Source: Mobula hypostoma (Eukaryota). From it: 64,000 nt of DNA. The stretch's first letter is position 1. Each line of letters begins with the position of its first letter. Positions 1 through 11,384 of the stretch are shown one piece after another. Made by a program: the position numbers and the translations under genes. The stretch covers positions 28,212,001-28,276,000 of the forward strand of contig NC_086108.1 in NCBI RefSeq assembly GCF_963921235.1, given 5' to 3'. Below the pieces are notes generated by a model. It was not told the origin of the DNA and did no database searches. It was given only the letters and a program-made list of their open reading frames with translations.

Positions 1-749
1 GTTATTTTCAGAATGCTTGTGTATTCAATTTGATAAAGTTTATTTGTGACTTGTCTGGCCTCTGAGTCAAAGAAATATTAGTGATGTGAGCAACGGTGTG
101 AGAGATGGCTGTTATGTTTAGAAAATGTGGTGAACAAAATGAGTTTCAATCTATCATTGTCCTAATAACGTCATAGCTTGAGAATTGAAAGTCAGCTACA
201 GAACTCTGAAAGAAACTTTTGCTTGTCTGTGCTTTCATAGTGTTAAATGGTTTCATTGAATGAAGAAGCAGAGATTGATGTTTTAATAAATGGTGGTCAC
301 CTCTTTAGGGTCAGAGTTCAGGAAAGTGTCAGATAGCAAATACATCTTCCTCAAGCATGGTTTGATGGTGGTTGTGTCACATATTAGAAATCCAGTAAAG
401 CAGTTTCAGCTCTTTTATATCTGTTGGTTAGGGGAAGACAATGCACCCTCTCTTTGCCTAAGGACAGAACTTAAGAGAAGGAAGGTAATAGTAAAGGCAT
501 GTCTGAATAATAGAGAAATGTTTGAACCTATGCCTTCCATGAACTAACATTGATTCTAGCCTATTGTCTGCTAAAACTGGGAAGTCTTTTTTGGAGCACG
601 TGTGGTTGCTTTCTGATGGTACTGGGTATGTTGACTGTGAAGTTCTAAACTCAATCAAAGTTGATAAGCCCTATCCGCTACAGATAGCTATGAGTACCAT
701 CACGAAAGGGAGGGTGTACTATAGCTACATATTTTTTGAAGACTAGTTC

Positions 750-895
750 TGGTGTTTCAGTTTTCTCCACAGCCCAAAGACGTAGGTCAATTAGTAGGTC
801 AATTGGTCATTGTAAATTGTTCTGTGATTAGATTAGGGTTCAACTGGGGGTTGTGAGGGCCTATTCTGCACTGTATCTCAATAAACAAAAAATAA
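750..895 (+). mobile_element. tRNA-derived V-SINE-like element, 3' part
   Basis: Core cccaaagacgtagg...aattggtcattgtaaattg and tail ctgtatctcaataaa, shared with 41700-41880. Confidence 0.6.
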
Positions 896-1292
896 ATAAA
901 ATACTTTGCTTCCCTGTTAATGGCAATTTTAGTGCCAAGCCCCACTATTTCAGTGGTATGTCCCTCCTCTCTGCCAAGGAGATACTTCCAGCCAACAAAG
1001 CAGTTTAAACACAGTTTATTTGTTTTTAGTGATACACATTTAAATTTAGATAAAATTCTTAAAACACATTTAAATCTCACAGAGGATTTCTATCTTATAA
1101 AAGATTCACAAATTTAAAATGATCTCTGAAACACAAATGATTTCCGAAACATGGGTACAATTTCTATAAGCCTAGAGGCATATGAATGAGTCATCTGTTA
1201 CAGAAATCAAAAGCAGAGGAATTGATTCCAGATCACCCCGTCTTTCTGTCATGCTTCATGTTGTTCTTGAACATTCCTAACAAGCCTGAATC

Positions 1293-1976
1293 CAGTCATC
1301 CCTCGGTATCCACAGGGGATTGGTTCCAAGACCCCCCCCCCCACCATGGATACCAAAATCCGCAGATGCTCAAGTCCCTTATCTAAAGTGGCGTAGTATT
1401 TGCATATAACCTACGAACATCCTCCCGTATACATTAAATCATCTCTAGATTACTTATAATACCTAATACAATGTAAATACTATGTAAATAGTTGTTATAC
1501 TGTATTGTTTAGAGAATAATGACAAGAAAAAGAAGTCTGTGTATGTTCAGTACAGTCGCAACCATCGTAGCCCTTCTGGGAACACTGATGCTGCCTCAGC
1601 GTCAGCCAATGCTGATTCTCCCGTGATCTTTAAGTTCTTGAGGCAGTAACACTTTACATCGCTAGCCAGCCATCCCTTAGAAGCCTTAAACTCCTTCCTC
1701 TCGCTCACAACACAAGTAGCGAATGAACGAGACACAAGGCGAACAATGCTCAAACAATGAGTGCTGGAGAGAGACTGAGGATCTATGAAATGGCAGGAGG
1801 CTACAGCAGGGTATGCCTACACGTCACTTCATTCGCGTGGATTCAGTGTGGTGCTCGGCGTGTGGCAAATTCAAATTTTGCTTTTTGGAACTTTCTGGAA
1901 TTTTTTCCTGAATATTTTCAATCCACTGTTGGTTGAATCCACGGATGTGGAACCCATGGATACAGAGGGCCGACTG
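1293..1976. mobile_element. Non-autonomous TcMar-Tigger DNA transposon, MER2-like
   Basis: Terminal inverted repeats CAGTCATCCCTCGGTATCC...GGATACAGAGGGCCGACTG followed by TA; both arms resemble the MER2 consensus as recalled. Confidence 0.85.
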
Positions 1977-3174
1977 TACTCTCTTTTGCCAGGGATGACT
2001 TCACACAGATGTGACATCTCTGAGGTACCTTTTCACAGAGATGGTCTAATTGCTTCTGGGGACAGATATCCTAGACCCCACAATTAATGCTGTGAATGCT
2101 GACTCTCTCTGAGCACATAATCCTTCCAACTATTCATAGATCAGCTGGTTGATGTTCTAAGTAATAGTATCACTCTCACCTACAAGCTTCCTTGAACTAA
2201 ATAATTTAGCCAATGTTGTCTGGTTTGATGCAAGCCAATTAACATAATTCCATTGTTTTGCACTGCATCTCTTGAGCACCTAGCCCTGTGCTGTGGCTTA
2301 GCAGCCTGTGCTGTGGCTTAGCAGCCTGTGCTCTATAGACAGTGCTGTTTGTTTGCAAAGCTGTCCTTTTAACTTCAGTCTGATTATTGCTTGCTATTTA
2401 CCTTAATAACTGAGGACTGGCTCCTGTTTATGACAAGAAACTGTGCAAAGAATATTGGTTTGATGTTTAACTTACTGAAAGACAACTCTTTCATCTTTAG
2501 AAGCTCACAGCTGCTGTGTTAGAAAGCTGAGCTTAGCAAAAAGAAGGCATCCATGCCTGGACAGTGAATATCAATAACGCTTCTTTTAAGTGAGATATCT
2601 AGAACCAGTAATCACACTAAACTAAGAGATGGCTATTCAATCCAGAGAACAGGAGAAATTTCCCCACCCAGAGATTAATGAATCACTGGGCCCACGCAAC
2701 TGACCAAACCCAACTTCTACAGACCCCATTGACAGAAATTGGAAAGGTGGTTAGTGTGGGAAGCAAGAACGGATCAGCCACATTTTTCTCAGTATGTGGA
2801 TGTCCTTCTGTGGATTATGGAGCATAGAGTTATTTAAATGTATCCAATGACTGGCTTATAAATGCCATTTAGCAAGTACATCATAAAAGCAACAGTGGCA
2901 AGCTGTTAACAAGGTAAGTAGTATATTGACTCTCATAGCCAGAGATTTAAATAGGTCTTGCACACCTGCACAAAACCTTGTTAAGAACACACTGGGAATA
3001 TTCAGTGCATTTTTGGTCTCCAGTATGATTCTTCTAAAGAATATTTCAAGATTTCTGACAAATTGGATTAATACCTTTCCCATTTCTATGATCTTGCAAC
3101 CTTAATTTTCTTCAAACCATCTTAATGCAGAAAGAAATTACTCACCTGTATATTTTCCCTTCCCTCAAATACAG

Positions 3175-3265
3175 TATGGCAGAGGTTCAGAGCTTCTTTG
3201 CTTTCAACGATGTTCTGTATCTAGCACTGATCTTCGAAGAAGAAAACTCCTACATCGGCCGAGAG
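3175..3265 (+). CDS. QSOX1: QSOX1 internal coding exon (start of second thioredoxin-fold domain)
   Basis: Acceptor ...caaatacag|T and donor GAG|gtaag; 91 bp; encodes MAEVQSFFAFNDVLYLALIFEEENSYIGRE, matching the QSOX1 motif YLALIFE..SY.GRE. Confidence 0.93.
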
Positions 3266-4879
3266 GTAAGAAGAGCCCCATTGCCTTTTCACTTCCTCCG
3301 GTGCTGCACACATTTTATCTGTCCTTACTCTGTGCTTAACTAACACTATTTACAGATCGCCAGCTTAGCTGCCCTTGTGTGCCTGCCCATCATGCTATTG
3401 AACAGTGCAGCTAAAGACCCTGGGGCCATTTATAAAACAGTTGAATAATAAGGCATCAGGGGGTGTATAACACCACTAGTTCAACAGAGCTTTCAATACA
3501 GCATGTCACAGAGGTCTTCTAATTGGGGATTTTGAGACTAGCAACATTAAATTTATCTTTCCATCAGAATGAAAATGTCAGTGTGGGGGGATTTGAATTA
3601 TTTTGTTTTGCAACATACAATGTACTAAAGCATGTCCATTCCTTGTAATAATGGTAATGCTCCATTTTAACTTCCCCACTCCCAATTTTGTTCCCTGACC
3701 CATTGCAAATCACAACCAGTCCTGAGCCTTTATTCATTCAGATCCTAATTACCCAAGATCTGAGAGATATGCAAGGGCATTTAAGAATCAACCACATTGT
3801 TGTGGGCCTTGTGTCAGAAATAAGACAGACAGGGGAAGGAGGACAGGAAAGAGAATCCACTACCAAAACTGTAACTGCATTGTCTGTAAATAATTCTTCA
3901 ACAATTGGTCTAAATTAATAGTGTCAGACAGTTATCAATAAAAAAGCTGATTAGAACATATACAACATAGTAAAGGATCAAGACAGGCGATTGAAATGTG
4001 GGATTGTATTGATTCCATGGTGACAAAATAGTGGAGCCAATTCAACGGTCCATATGCCTCCAAAATAAACTGGGATTTGTATTGACTGAGATTAGGCTAC
4101 AGATTTAATGACCACACAGTTTATGTCAATCTGACCAATGCAAATCAGATCATTGTTGTAATACACCAGCCGCCCCTTAGCTTCTTAGGGTACTAGAATA
4201 ATGAGAAATAATCTGTTGAGTTTTTTGCTCCCAAAGGGATTGTTAGATTGTGAATTTTTTACCTGAGCCATTAGAAAATCAGAAGGCAGCCATCAGGAGA
4301 CTTGTGTTGGAAGTAAGGGCATGTGGTTAGGCACATGGTCTAGATATCATGATTTAGCCCTCAGTAATGGCCCGTTACAGCTGAGTGTGCTTGCAATGGG
4401 AACAAGGGTCAGTGGGTGGAAGTAAGATTCAACTGGCCTCCATTAGACTTCAGAGGTGTGGGCCTTCAAGGAGGGAAAACAAGATGTACAACTGCAGAAC
4501 CAGATATTGACTGGATTACTCAAGGCATAGACATGTTTTGTGTTTTCTTTTTGACAGGATGAGGAGACAGATGACTTTCCAAGTGGCACTCCCCTATTTA
4601 CTGTACAGGGGTGAGACCTTTCAATGGTTATGTACCCCACACTCCCTTTTAACTTAACAGGTTAACTAAAATATTATTAAGTATCATCTTTAAATAGAAA
4701 AAGGAACTTAAAGTGTGTTGGAACAATCATGAAATAGTGCCCAACAGTCCAGAAAATCTGCTCTATCAGTAGCGCTGAAGTTGTAAGTGTGTCAGATTAA
4801 CGGAGTTTTGCTCTATAAAGCTTCCCCTTCTGAGTGTCTAAAGTAGTATTCACGTTCTTGGGGCAGCTGGTGAAGTGCA

Positions 4880-5150
4880 GCCCTCCATCACCTCGGACAT
4901 CACCATTCCGGACATGCCCTCTTCCTGGTATTAACATCAGGAAGGAGGTACAGAAGCTAATGTCCCACAGTCAATGATTCAGAAACAGTTCCTTCCCCAC
5001 CACCATCAAATTTCTGAATTGTCCAGAAACACTACCTTCTTATTCCATATTTCACACTATTTTTTGTAATTTATTATGATTGTTATTTCTTTGCATAATA
5101 CTGTGATCTTTCATATCATATCATATGTCAAAGATAATAAACTTGCTTCA
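4880..5150 (+). mobile_element. Rex1/Babar-like LINE 3' fragment
   Basis: caccattccggacatgccctcttc...aggaaggaggtacagaagct...ttcagaaacagtt (HPGH..F...SGRRYR...FRNS motif) and an AATAAA tail. Confidence 0.6.
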
Positions 5151-6199
5151 GGTGATGTCTGAATCGGCGGGAGAGCCCACAGAGCTCACTGCTTTATTCT
5201 TACCCCTAACCCCTCACCTGGGAGGTTTTGAAATCCTGATCTTTTTCCTGAAATATTAAAAATACACATCATCAGTTAGTTATGTAATCCCTTGGACATA
5301 GAAGACAACTGGTGCTGTCCCCTTCTCATCCCTCAGTAAGTCACTAATGACAGAGGGTTAACATTCTGCTTCGTGAGAAAATGTTATCGCCAATTGCGCT
5401 TGACATTATCAGGAGTCAATCTAACATTGGTTTTGGGTATAATCTGGAATTTGATGAAATGTAGGGGAGATTAATGTGTATTTTCAAATAAAATCTGTCT
5501 GCTTTTTGGAATTAATGTCCTTCTAAATGTGACATTCAGTCCTTTTTGTTGAAATTATGTCCTTGTTAAATCATGACAGAACAGAACAGGGGCCCATTTA
5601 CAAGCAATCTTTCTTGGATGAAAGAAAGACAATTCCATCGTGTTTTGAAGCAGGTTATTGAAATTAGATGAAGTGCTAGTGGCTTCCCATCTGTTATTGG
5701 TGTTAGGCATAGAGAGAGAAAATTGAGGTGAATACTGTATCAGCCTAACTATGGGGGAGGGTTGACTTAATAGAAACAGATTTCATATGTATCACCTTTA
5801 CTATTGATTTGTTTTTGCGCTGCTGAAGAGTAGTTCTATGAAAGTAGAACCTTAACTCTCCAAGTGGATTGAAAAATGTTCGGTGCATTTTATATATAGA
5901 AACTGAAGACTGTGCTCCTTGATGTAAGATGTGTGTTGGCCTTGAAACATGGGATTGTTGACCCAAGACAATCCAATTGTTTAGTTGTAACAGTGGCAGA
6001 AGGAAAATAAATTAGCCACAGTCGAATGGCCAAGAAGATTCGACGGGCTGAATAGTCTAATTCTATTCCTATGTCATATATAGGTGATCTCATTAAAACG
6101 AACTACATATTGGAAGGCCTAGATGGAGTGAACATGGAGACAATGTTTACAATAGTAAGAAAGTCTAGAACCTGAGAGCTCAAGCTCAGAATACAAGGA

Positions 6200-6730
6200 C
6201 ATTCAAGGTTCAAAATAAATTTATTATCAAAGTAAATGCCTGTCACCATAAACAACCCTGAGAATCATTTTCTTGTTAGCATTCACAGTAAATACAAAGA
6301 ACCATAATAGAATCAATGAAATACCATAAACAACAAGAAGGACAAACTAACAATGTGCAAAAGACAATAAACTGTGCAAATACGGAAAGAAAAAGAAAAA
6401 AATCAATCAATCAATCAATCAATCAATCAGCAAGCAAGCAATAAACATCAAGAATATGGGATGAAAGGTCCTTGAAAGTGAGTTTATAGGTTGTGGGAAG
6501 AATTCAGTGTTGGTGTGAGTGAATTTGAGTGAAGTTATCCCCTCTGGTTCAAGAGCCTGATGGTTGAGGGGTAATAACTGTTCATGAACAATATGGTGTG
6601 GGTCCAGAGGCTCCTGTATTTCCTTTCTGATGGCAGCAGCAAGAAGAGCACGTGGCATGGATGGTGGGTGTTCTTGATGTTGCTTTCCTGCAACAGCGAT
6701 CCTTGTAGATGTGCTCAATGTTGGGGAGGG
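6200..6730 (-). mobile_element. Rex1/Babar-like LINE 3' fragment containing (TCAA)n
   Basis: Tail ttcaaggttcaaaataaatttattatc; same family as 54960-55365. Confidence 0.6.
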
Positions 6731-6922
6731 CATTTTGAGAGCATCACTAAGTTGTGGCTAAAAGAAGATCATTATTAGGAGCTTAACATCCAAGGATGCA
6801 CACTGTATTGAAAGGACATGCAGATAGACTGAGGGGGTGGGATGACTCTTTTGGTAAAAAATTGAAATCAAACCCGTAGAAAGAGGTATGGCAGGAATAC
6901 GTAGAAACCTTGTGGGTAGAGC

Positions 6923-6960
6923 TAGTCCTGACGAAGGGTCTCGGCCTGAAACGTCGACTG
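6923..6960 (+). ncRNA. Minimal type I hammerhead ribozyme motif
   Basis: UAGUC-CUGACGA-AGG(GUCUCGG)CCU-GAAA-CG-UC-GACUG: conserved core, stem I UAGUC/GACUG, palindromic ACGU stem III, GUC cleavage triplet. Confidence 0.7.
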
Positions 6961-7022
6961 TACCTCTTCCTAGAGATGCTGCCTGGCCTGCTGCGTTCAC
7001 CAGCAACTTTGATGTGTGTTGC
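6925..7022 (+). mobile_element. Short Penelope-derived insertion inside the CR1
   Basis: Near-identical to the arm at 17753-17852; flanked by an imperfect 13-bp TSD gtgggtagagcta / gtgagtagagtta. Confidence 0.75.
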
Positions 7023-9261
7023 GTGAGTAGAGTTAAGAAATTGGAAGGGTAAAAAGACCATGATGGAAGTTATATACAGGACTCCGAACAGTAGCCTGGA
7101 TGTGGGCTACAAGTTACAATTGGAGATAGAAAAGCCATGTAAGAAAGGCAATAATGCAATAATCATTGGAGATTTCAATATACATATAGATTGGTAAAAT
7201 TAGATTGGTGCTGGATCCCAAGAGAGGGAACTCATAGAATGACAAGGGATGACTTTTAGAGCAAGTTGTGATTGAGCCCACTACGGGAAAGGCAATTCTG
7301 GATTTGGTGTTTTGTATTGAACCAGATTTGACTAGGGAATTTAAGGTAAAGGAACCCTTAGTACAGTTTGAGAGGAAGAGGACAAAGTCAGATGTATTAG
7401 TGTAACTGTAGAGTAAAGGGAGGCATTTCAGTGGAGCTGGCCAAAGTTGATTGGAAGGGGACACCAGCAGGGATGATGTCAGAACAATGGTGGGAGTTTC
7501 TGGGGGCAATTCAGAAGGTGCAAGATAGACATATCCGAAAGTTGAAGGAGTATTCTAAAGGGCGGATGACAATGGAAGTCAAAGACAGCATAAAAGAAAA
7601 GGAGAGGGCATACAGTATAGCAAAAATTAATGGGAAGTTAGAGGATTGGGAAGGTTTTAAAAACCAACAGAAGGCAACTGAAAAACCATAAGGAGAGAAA
7701 AGATTAAATATGAAGGAATGTTAAACAATAAAATTAAAGAAGATTCCAAAAGATTTTTCAACCTGTAAAGAGTAAAAGAGAGGTGAGAGTGGATATCGGA
7801 CTGCAGGAAAATGATGCTGGAGAGGCAAAAATGGGGGACAAGGAAATGGCGAACAAACTTAAGCATTTTGCATCAGACTTCACTGTGTAAAAAAACTAAC
7901 TGTATGCCAGAAATTCGAGAGTGTCAGGAAGCAGAAATGAGTGAAGCTGCTATTTCTAAGGAAGTTTTGGGAAGATGGAGGGCAGACAGTGTTGAAGAAT
8001 CATGGTGTCTGCAGAAGAACTCGGACAGATCAGGAGAAGGGACAAAGAAGGGGCATATGTAATATAGTGCAGAGAAGTAATGGTAGAAGGAACAAAGATG
8101 TGGACTATTGTCCAAATGGGAATATATTTCTAAAATCAGAGGTGTAAAGTGACTTAGGAGTCCTTATACAGGATTCCCTAAAGGTTATCTTACAGTTTGA
8201 ATCAGTGGTAAAAAAAGGCAAATGCGATGTTAGCATTCATTTTGAGAGGACTACAATATAAGAGCAATTATGTCATGCCGAGACTTTATACAGCAGTGTT
8301 CAGACCACTCTCTGAGCATTGTGAGCAGGTTGAGCCCTTATCTAAGAAAAGATGTTCTGGCATTGGAGATGGTCCAGGGGAGGTTCACGAGAATGATTCT
8401 GGGAGTGAAGGGTTGACATATGAGGAGCATTTGATGGCTCTGGGCTTGTACTCACTGGAGTTTTGAAGATGATGAAGGGGGATTTCATTGAAATCTATTG
8501 AATAGGCCAGATAAAGTGGATGTGGAGAGTATGTTTCTTATAGTGGGTGTGTCTAGGAGCAGAGGGCACAGCCTCAGAATAGTGGGTATGTCCCTTTGGA
8601 ACACAGATGAGGAGGAATTTCTTTAGCCAGAGGGTAGTGAATCTATGGAATTCATTGCTACAGAAGGATGTGGAGGCTAAGTCATTGAGTGTATTTAAAG
8701 CAGAGGTTTATAGTTTCTTGATTTGTCAGGGCATCAAAGGTTGTGGGAAGAAGACAGGGGAATGGAATTGAGAGAGATAATAACTCAGACATGATGGAGT
8801 GGAGGAGCATAAGGGCTGCGTGGCCTAATTCTGCTCCTATGTCCTATAGTCTAATGGAGAGTGAAGCATGTGAAGTAAATGAAGCAGGCAACTCTAGAGT
8901 GCAGGAAAGCCAGTGCTGAGTGGGAAAGCATGAGGGCTGGAAAGCATAACTGCATGATTCTAATGCAAGTGTGTTGGGTCTTGTTGTAAGACAGATGAGC
9001 TGAGAATGTGCATCAGTACATGGGATTGTGATATTCTGGCAGTTAGGAGAATGTTAGATAACAATGGCGTTCCTGGGTATAGCATTTTCAGGAGTGATGG
9101 GGGGAGGGGCGAGGGTTTGGTGGGATGCATTGCAGCGGTACTTGTGGTGAATACCCTAGAAGCATAGGCATATGAAGCTGTATGTATAAAAATGAAAAAG
9201 GGATCACTTTAGGATTGCACTATAGCCGGAACGATTTGCAAAACCAAATGTGTAAACCAGT

Positions 9262-10257
9262 TGTCGCGGTCCAGTCCATGAAGTCCGCATTCCAGTTCAC
9301 GGTCCAGTCCGTGGATTCCGTATTCCGGCTATTCCTTTTTTCCCTTGTTCCATTGGGTGCCTTAATTGAGGCACCTGATTCTCGTTTCGGGCTGGCAACA
9401 TAAATAACTCTGGGGTCCAGTGATTCCTTGCTGGACCGTCCTTGTCAGTAACCTCATCAGTAACCTCATCAGTATCCTTGTCAGTATCCTCGTCAAGTTA
9501 ACCCGCTGGAGTGAGACTAGAGCCGCTGTCTGTAATTCATGGGTCGCGTCAAGTGCTTGCTTCTACTTGGAGCCTTTTCTGTTAAGATAAAGAACAGTCT
9601 ATTGTTGTGTGGTTTTGTCTCTCCGTGTTCTCTCCTCCGCTGGGTAGGTCTGGCCATTTGTTGCTACCCTGTGGGAGTAGCGGTCTCACTGTTTTGTGCC
9701 CTGTGTCTAAGAAGCGTCCCGGCTCTATGTCCTGTGTCCAGGGAGGAGCTCTGGCTCCTCTGTCTAAGTCAAGTCTGAGCCTAGTCCAAGTCAAGAGTCA
9801 AGTTCCAAGTCCAAGTCGAGATTCAAGTCCAAGCCCAGCCCGAGTCAAGTCCAAGCCCAGCCCGAGTCAAGTCCAAGCCCAGCCTGAGTCAAGTCCAAGC
9901 CAAGTCCGAGTCAAGTCCAAGCCCATTCCGAGTCAAGTCCAAGTCCAAGTCAAGTCCAAGCAAAGTCCGAGTCAAGTCCAAGCCAAGTCCTAGTTCTAGT
10001 CAAGAGCCAAGACTAGACCCAGGTACTGAGTCCCTGCCGAGACCCGAGTCACAAGTCATGACCTGAGTTCCCTGTCAAGTTCAAGTCCCAAGTCCAAGTC
10101 CAGGTTTTCCGGTTTGTCATTCTATGTCTACCTTCGTGTTATCGTTCTGTCCTCACTCCTTGGCTTACCTAGCATTCTTAATAAACATAGTCCAGTTCCT
10201 AGTACTTCAGTGTCTGTGTCTTGCATTTGGGTCCGCTACTTACGCATTCCGGTGACA
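9262..10257 (+). repeat. 5' LTR
   Basis: Direct repeat of 10441-11384; TATA-like ATAAATA at 9400, internal CAAGTC/CAAGCC tandem array, AATAAA near 10180. Confidence 0.9.
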
Positions 10258-10440
10258 GAATGGCCCAGTCAGACATGGAGCCAGCAACACAGATACTGTT
10301 GTTAAACTCTCGCCATCCAGGGTTCCCTCTTGTTGAAACATCCCCCCCACTACCTACCCGGGTCGTCGTTAATCAGGGCAAGCCTGTCTGCTCGCCAGGA
10401 GGCTCCCATGGGGGGGTGGGGAGGTGGTGGACGGTGGTAC

Positions 10441-11384
10441 TGTCATGGTCCAGTCCATGAAGTCTGCATTCCAGTTCACGGTCTAGTCCGTGGATTCCGT
10501 ATTCCGCCTATTCCTTTTTTCCTTTGCTCCGTTGGGTGTCTTAATTGAGGCACCCGATTCTCGTTTCGAGCTGGCAACATAAATAGCCCTGGGGTCCAGT
10601 GATTCCTTGCTTGACTGTCCTCGTCAGTATCCCCATCAAGTTAACCCGCCGGAGTGAGACTAGAGCCACTGTCTGTAGTTCCTGAGCCGCGTCGAGGGCT
10701 TGCCACTACTTGGAGCATTTTTGTGTCAAGATAAAGAACAGTCTATTGTTGTGTGGCTTTGTCTGTCTGTGTTCTCTCCCTCACTGGGTAGATCCGGCCG
10801 TTTGCCGCTACCCTGAGGGGAGAGCGGTCTCATTGTTTTGTGTCCTGTGTCTAAGAGTCCCGGCTCTATGTCCTGTGTCCAAGGAGGAGCCCAGGCTCCT
10901 CTGTTTAAGTCAAGTCTGAGCCTGGTTGAAGTCAGGAATCAAGTGCCAAGTCCAAGTTGACAGCCAAGTTCCAAGTCCAAGGCAAGAGTCAAGTTCCTAG
11001 TCCAAGTCGAGAGTCAAGTCCAAGTCCAGTCCGAGTCAAGTCCAAGCCCAGTCCAGGTCAAGTCCAAGCCAAGCCGAATCAAGTCCAAGCCAAGTAGAGT
11101 TCAGTCCAAGCCAAGTCCTAGTTCTAGTCAAGAGCCAAGTCTAGACCAGGTACCGAATCCCTGCCAAGACCCGAGTCACAAGTCATGACCTGAGCTCCCT
11201 GACAAGTTCAAGTCCCAAGTCCAAGTCCAGGTTTTCTGGTTTGTCACTCTACGTCTACCTTCATGTTATCATTTTGTCCTCACTCCTTGGCTTACCTAGC
11301 ATTCTTAATAAACATAGTCCAGTTCCTAGTACTTCAGTGTCTGTGTCTTGCATTTGGGTCTGCTACTAATGCATTCCTGTGACA
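10441..11384 (+). repeat. 3' LTR
   Basis: Diverged direct repeat of 9262-10257. Confidence 0.9.

Larger units (their letters stand above)
6780..8832 (+). mobile_element. Decayed CR1 LINE (endonuclease to RT C-terminus and 3'UTR, internally deleted)
   Basis: Remnants IIGDFN..IDW and MLAFILRGLQYKS...LGLYSLEF; 3' end gcctaattctgctcctatgtcctatagtcta. Confidence 0.85.
9262..11384 (+). mobile_element. Non-autonomous miniature LTR retrotransposon (Gypsy, Tf1/sushi-like): two LTRs and 183-bp internal region
   Basis: LTR1 9262-10257 and LTR2 10441-11384 both run TGTC...TGACA; 5-bp TSD CCAGT at 9257-9261 and 11385-11389; purine-rich tract ending GGTAC before LTR2. Confidence 0.9.

Noticed and set aside
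2285..2332. 20-bp tandem duplication CCTGTGCTGTGGCTTAGCAG
   Set aside because: Ordinary slippage duplication with no further structure
9607..9993. 128-aa Ser/Pro-rich protein
   Set aside because: Translation of the CAAGTC array inside an LTR; the frame is not kept in the second LTR
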